This document shows, in pieces, positions 8,043 through 13,836 of a stretch of 13,836 nucleotides of DNA (the first letter of the stretch is position 1; each line of letters begins with the position of its first letter). Source of the stretch: Acidobacteriota bacterium (GTDB taxonomy: Bacteria; Acidobacteriota; UBA6911; JACQSX01). The notes under the pieces were generated by a model. The model was not told the DNA's origin, ran no database searches, and saw only the letters and a program-made list of their open reading frames with translations. Location of the stretch: assembly GCA_036507075.1 (NCBI GenBank), contig DASXQR010000209.1, forward strand, positions 1-13,836, written 5' to 3'. Made by a program: the position numbers and the translations under genes.

Positions 8043-8131
8043 GCCTAACGGCTCGCATCAGCCGCGCGCCAGGAAATGTATCAATCCAAGGGAATCGAGG
8101 TGGCGCGTCGGCTGGATGCCGATTGTTAGGG
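8043..8131 (-). mobile_element. attC site (89 bp)
   Basis: gcctaac-ggctcgcatcagccgcgcgcca...tggcgcgtcggctggatgccgatt-gttaggg, with paired arms and extra bases. Confidence 0.9.
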
Positions 8132-8154
8132 GGTGCCGTTGAATCCAAGCCCTA

Positions 8155-8366
8155 CTAGAGATCCTCCGGCCGAAGCCCAGTTCGTTTTGCGACGCGTGCC
8201 AGCATTCGTGGACCAATTTCTTCGGTATCGTAGAACGCAAACAGGAAGTCAGGCCAACCGGCACGCGAGAGCGCCGATGGGAACCAACTTGTCGCTTGAC
8301 TGTCCAACCGCTGCGAACAAGGACTGCGAAAACTCGTTTAGCTTTCGTGCTGGGCCACTCGCTCAC
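8155..8366 (-). pseudogene. hicA: HicA-family toxin with a 1-bp deletion
   Basis: MSEWPSTKAKRVFAVLVRSGWTVKRQVGSHR, a shift at 8273/8274, then (T)LSRAGWPDFLFAFYDTEEIGPRMLARVAKRTGLRPEDL*. It has the GSH motif, and the span is 212 bp (3n-1). Confidence 0.85.
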
Positions 8367-8569
8367 GCCGCCGCAAAAGAGATACTTACCAGATCTGGCC
8401 CGGCTTCTCCATGTTCCAGATGGTCTGCGACTAAGCGCAACGCGAGCGCTTGCACTTTGGCTTTCGCTTCCTCTGGGGTCTTGCCATAGACCAGGGCGCC
8501 AGAAAGCTCGATGACTTCAGCTATCCAGCGGCCGTCGTCTTCCTGCTCGATCTCGATGTTGAACGTCAT
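8363..8569 (-). CDS. hicB: HicB-family antitoxin (68 aa, no DNA-binding domain)
   Basis: MTFNIEIEQEDDGRWIAEVIELSGALVYGKTPEEAKAKVQALALRLVADHLEHGE. AGGAGGAG lies upstream and the stop overlaps the hicA start. Confidence 0.9.
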   Translation of the reverse strand: MTFNIEIEQEDDGRWIAEVIELSGALVYGKTPEEAKAKVQALALRLVADHLEHGEAGPDLVSISFAAA

Positions 8570-8642
8570 CGGTAGGAGACTCCTCCTGGAATCTAATTCT
8601 ACTCTGCATGCCCTCCTCACAAGTAGTGTTTCCGCAAAAGCC

Positions 8643-8742
8643 GCCTAACGTCCGTGGATCAGCTGCAGAACGGCGGCACTCTACCGTTCAAGTTCACCGA
8701 AACCGTTGTCGCCGTTCTGGCAGCTGCATCCACTTGTTAGCC
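8643..8742 (-). mobile_element. attC site (100 bp)
   Basis: gcctaac-gtccgtggatcagctgcagaacggcg...cgccgttctggcagctgcatccactt-gttagcc is a near-perfect inverted repeat with extrahelical bases. Confidence 0.92.
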
Positions 8743-8840
8743 AGCTTCTCTAATTCGCATGCTCAATGCAACACGGCCAAGCGACCGCTGGCGGCCCTAT
8801 AGAAGGGAGTCGAGCTGGGACAGCGTAGACTTCCCGATGG

Positions 8841-9389
<549 letters not shown>

Positions 9390-9418
9390 TACGTAAGAGT
9401 ACCAGTCACCATCGGGCG

Positions 9419-9517
9419 GCCTAACGGTTTCTGGATAACCCGCGCCGAGCGCAGCGAGGGCACCGCCGTGGACGCGCCAGCGGCCACGGCGGCGTCGGGT
9501 TCATCGGCGTGTTAGGC
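9419..9517 (-). mobile_element. attC site (99 bp)
   Basis: gcctaac-ggtttctggataacccg...cgccgtgg...ccacggcg...cgggttcatcggcgt-gttaggc. Confidence 0.92.
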
Positions 9518-9629
9518 GGCATGATGTGCGCAGGCCAAGCTTCTCCCCTGCCGGATACCCCGAAGGCATGTCACTGCTACTTCCTAGCCGAGTGGTCCAA
9601 GCCAAACCGCAAACCATCTGCAACGCGGA

Positions 9630-10892
9630 CTAATTCTCGCGAACGATAACAAATGAGCCAGGTCGCGCCGCCGGCCGCACCACCCACCCGGAGTTCAGAA
9701 TGGCGCTCCAGCCGTCCCCCTGCAGGGTGGTCCCTTCGAGCGGCCCGGTAACTGGTACGGACAGTGTGGACCCATCGGCAGCGCGCAAGACGCCGCCGTT
9801 GGCGTTGAGACGGCCCCATCGAGCGGAAAGCGTGAAATTGCGAAAGAACACGGTACCGGTTCCCGGAATGCCTACCGAGCCGGTGGTGTCGCTAGTCCCG
9901 CTGCCCCCGGCAGGCATCGTCAGCACTGGCCCATCAACGAAACGTCGACGCAACTCGGCGACGCGGACCTGCTGCGCCCGATCGCGCGCCTCCTCCGCCG
10001 TTCGCAGCGTTGCCCCATCATAGCGCGCCGCTGCCACGGCAAGATCCGTCGTCGGTGGCCTGTTGGTTGCTGAGGCGAGCATGTCGCCAAGGTCCGAGGT
10101 GCCACGAACCTGTCGGCGCCATCCCGGAAGGAGATCGTCCAGCAGCACACCGTAGGCGGGTCCGGACGCGGCTTCGAAATTTCCGACGAAGGACGGCTGC
10201 GCTTCGCCTCCTGCGGCTGCCGCCGCTGCGGCACGGTGCGCATCCGCAGGCGAATTGGCCCAGGCCGCAATGCCGGTGTAAGAGGCAAGCCCTTCGCGAA
10301 TCTCGTCGCGTCGTTCGTTGTCCGCCGCGCCGGGAAACAGGCGGCGGCGTTCGCGCCTGAAGGCCAGCGCATCGGCGATCGCCTCGGCGCGATCGCTCCC
10401 GCTCGATTCGACCGCCCTGCGCAGCGCTCGCCATTCGAGCCGAATCCAGAAGCGCCCTTCAAGTGTATCGAGATGCTCGTTGAAGCCGTCCTCCGTGATG
10501 AGCCCCAGCTCCGGCTGAATGCGATGGAACAGCCCGTGAAGCATCACTTGCTGGCGTGTATCGGCATCCTTCTCCGGTAGCATGAACAAGGGAAAGCTGA
10601 ACCATCGCACCCCACCCCACGAGACCGGGCCGTCCGCGAAACCCGAAAAACGGGGTGGCAGTCCCTCCGGTTCCGCCTGGCTTGTGGCACGCGTTCCGGT
10701 CGCTTGGTCAAAGATGACCATCGGACCACAGAGCGACACACCCCACAGCCGGCCCGCGTCTCGCTCGCAGAGCCTCGTGGCTTCCTCGAAATAGCGCTTG
10801 ACGAGCTCTGGTTGGACCTGCGCCTCGGCAGCCGTTGTGGCGCCGAGCAGCGCGACCAGGAATAGCGCGTTGAGATGATATCGAGTCTGCAT
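9630..10892 (-). CDS. Secreted hypothetical protein, zincin/gluzincin-like; first cassette
   Basis: GGGGAGA RBS and a signal peptide ending AEA-Q. MLHGLFHRIQ and a downstream EGLASYTG resemble HExxH...EGxAxY. Confidence 0.75.
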   Translation of the reverse strand: MQTRYHLNALFLVALLGATTAAEAQVQPELVKRYFEEATRLCERDAGRLWGVSLCGPMVIFDQATGTRATSQAEPEGLPPRFSGFADGPVSWGGVRWFSFPLFMLPEKDADTRQQVMLHGLFHRIQPELGLITEDGFNEHLDTLEGRFWIRLEWRALRRAVESSGSDRAEAIADALAFRRERRRLFPGAADNERRDEIREGLASYTGIAAWANSPADAHRAAAAAAAGGEAQPSFVGNFEAASGPAYGVLLDDLLPGWRRQVRGTSDLGDMLASATNRPPTTDLAVAAARYDGATLRTAEEARDRAQQVRVAELRRRFVDGPVLTMPAGGSGTSDTTGSVGIPGTGTVFFRNFTLSARWGRLNANGGVLRAADGSTLSVPVTGPLEGTTLQGDGWSAILNSGWVVRPAARPGSFVIVREN

Positions 10893-10991
10893 CGAGATCT
10901 CCCCTCGCCAAAGGCCTCCCGCACACCATCGCCGCGAGCTAGGCGGGCGAAAGAGTGGCCATTACTTTCTGCGGCACCGACACGCTCTCTT

Positions 10992-11036
10992 ATGCCGCAT
11001 AACTTGAAGTATTACAGTTCTGGATAATTGGATAGG
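10992..11036 (-). mobile_element. Putative attI site / left boundary of the first cassette
   Basis: Minus strand reads ...tatccaattatccagaactgTAATActtcaaGTTATGCGGCAT. GTTATGCGGCAT is complementary at 11/12 positions to ATGCCGCCTAAC at the R'' of attC 9419-9517. There is no attC-like hairpin here. Confidence 0.65.
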
Positions 11037-11098
11037 CGGACGGGCGCCAGCCGTCTATCATGGTGCGTAGTCTTCATACGACTGACATATCCGAAAAA

Positions 11099-11111
11099 AA
11101 TCAATGGGTTG
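11099..11111 (+). promoter_or_regulatory. IHF consensus match
   Basis: AATCAATGGGTTG fits WATCAANNNNTTR exactly and is preceded by an A-tract, ~100 bp from the attI-like site. Confidence 0.45.
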
Positions 11112-11193
11112 CGAGCGAGTGACTGTCGCGGCCTATCCAGATAGATCGCGAGGCCGGTCTGCTTAACCCGATTAGTCTATCCATCAGCTTTAG

Positions 11194-11199
11194 ATTATA
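11194..11199 (-). promoter_or_regulatory. Possible -10 box of a cassette (Pc-like) promoter
   Basis: Perfect TATAAT on minus, pointing into the array. No good -35 at 17-bp spacing. Confidence 0.3.
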
Positions 11200-11274
11200 C
11201 CGCTCGACCAGTAGGAGGAGTTGTCTAGTTTGTTAAGGCTTGCTTTGATCGGAGTTCCCTGAATATTAATTGGC

Positions 11275-11449
11275 TCCGGGAGCTGCACGTGCGTGAAGAT
11301 GTGGTGGCTGCCAGCCAAGCTCCCGGAATTCTGTCGCCCGGCCCAAAAACGGCCGGGCTCAGGGTGTCGAGAATGGTCGGGCAGTCCCAGGGCTCCGCAA
11401 GCTCCGCCCTGGGCTTTATTCTTCCGCCCGGCCAGAAAGCGGCCGGGCT
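11275..11449. repeat. Cluster of REP-like GC-rich hairpins
   Basis: tccgggagct/agctcccgga (11275-11327); gcccggcc-N7-ggccgggc twice (11336-11358, 11426-11448); cccagggc-N12-gccctggg (11386-11413). Confidence 0.75.
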
Positions 11450-11543
11450 GGTCTGTTAACCGGGATCACAACCGATTCGGCAGCGTTCAAGTGGACAGTG
11501 ATCAGGAGCAAGAGTACAAGTGGCCTTGCGATCGAGTCGAAAT

Positions 11544-11577
11544 AAAAAAGGGAGCCAATTGTTTCCAATCGGCTCCC
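11544..11577 (-). terminator. Rho-independent terminator of the rRNA operon
   Basis: GGGAGCC...GGCTCCC stem followed by T6 on minus, immediately after 5S rRNA. Confidence 0.85.
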
Positions 11578-11584
11578 ATAATAA

Positions 11585-11702
<118 letters not shown>

Positions 11703-11936
11703 ACTTCAAGTTACAAGTTAACAGCGGCAAGAGTAACCAGTTGGCGAAACTTGGTGACGCTGGCGACTGAACTTGCCAATTCGGAGTAAAGCAAAAGTTA
11801 ATTACTCAAGCACCTGTCTACTTTAGTTTCCATTCAAGGTCCAAATTTCAGGGCAGGGAATTGCCAGCTCCAAAGAGACTGGTTGTGCCAGCCACTTGTA
11901 ACTGGTAATTCCTGCTCCTGAAAACTTGTAACGTGA

Positions 11937-13836
<1,900 letters not shown>

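Noticed and set aside
11161..11238. Additional attC (gcttaac...gttaagg)
   Set aside because: There are no complementary L boxes or internal stem between the cores.
11213..11262. Decayed intI 5' end (AGGAGG followed by a sequence vaguely like RLLDRV)
   Set aside because: It needs several indels to fit, and no tyrosine-recombinase motifs occur in any frame.

Overview
This GC-rich window is probably from Acidobacteriota, judged from an ADOP-type permease fragment. Essentially everything is encoded on the minus strand. Reading in transcription order (right to left), it begins with the 3' part of a 23S rRNA gene that carries an unusual ~115-nt hairpin insertion at the tip of helix 68, followed by a structured spacer, 5S rRNA and its terminator. 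Next come a cluster of REP-like hairpins and an attI-like site with no integrase gene. An integron gene-cassette array (~4405-11003) follows, with 6 full or degenerate attC sites and 2 half-sites. Its cargo is a secreted zincin-like protein, a DHFR/RibD-C protein, hicB plus frameshifted hicA, truncated cassette remnants, a tandem-HEPN protein, a ParE-like toxin-antitoxin pair, a DinB pseudogene and probably an AraC regulator. The left end is a decaying cluster of three secreted DUF1080-like paralogs, a DinB-like pseudogene and an ABC-permease fragment. All calls come from reading the sequence; no searches were run.
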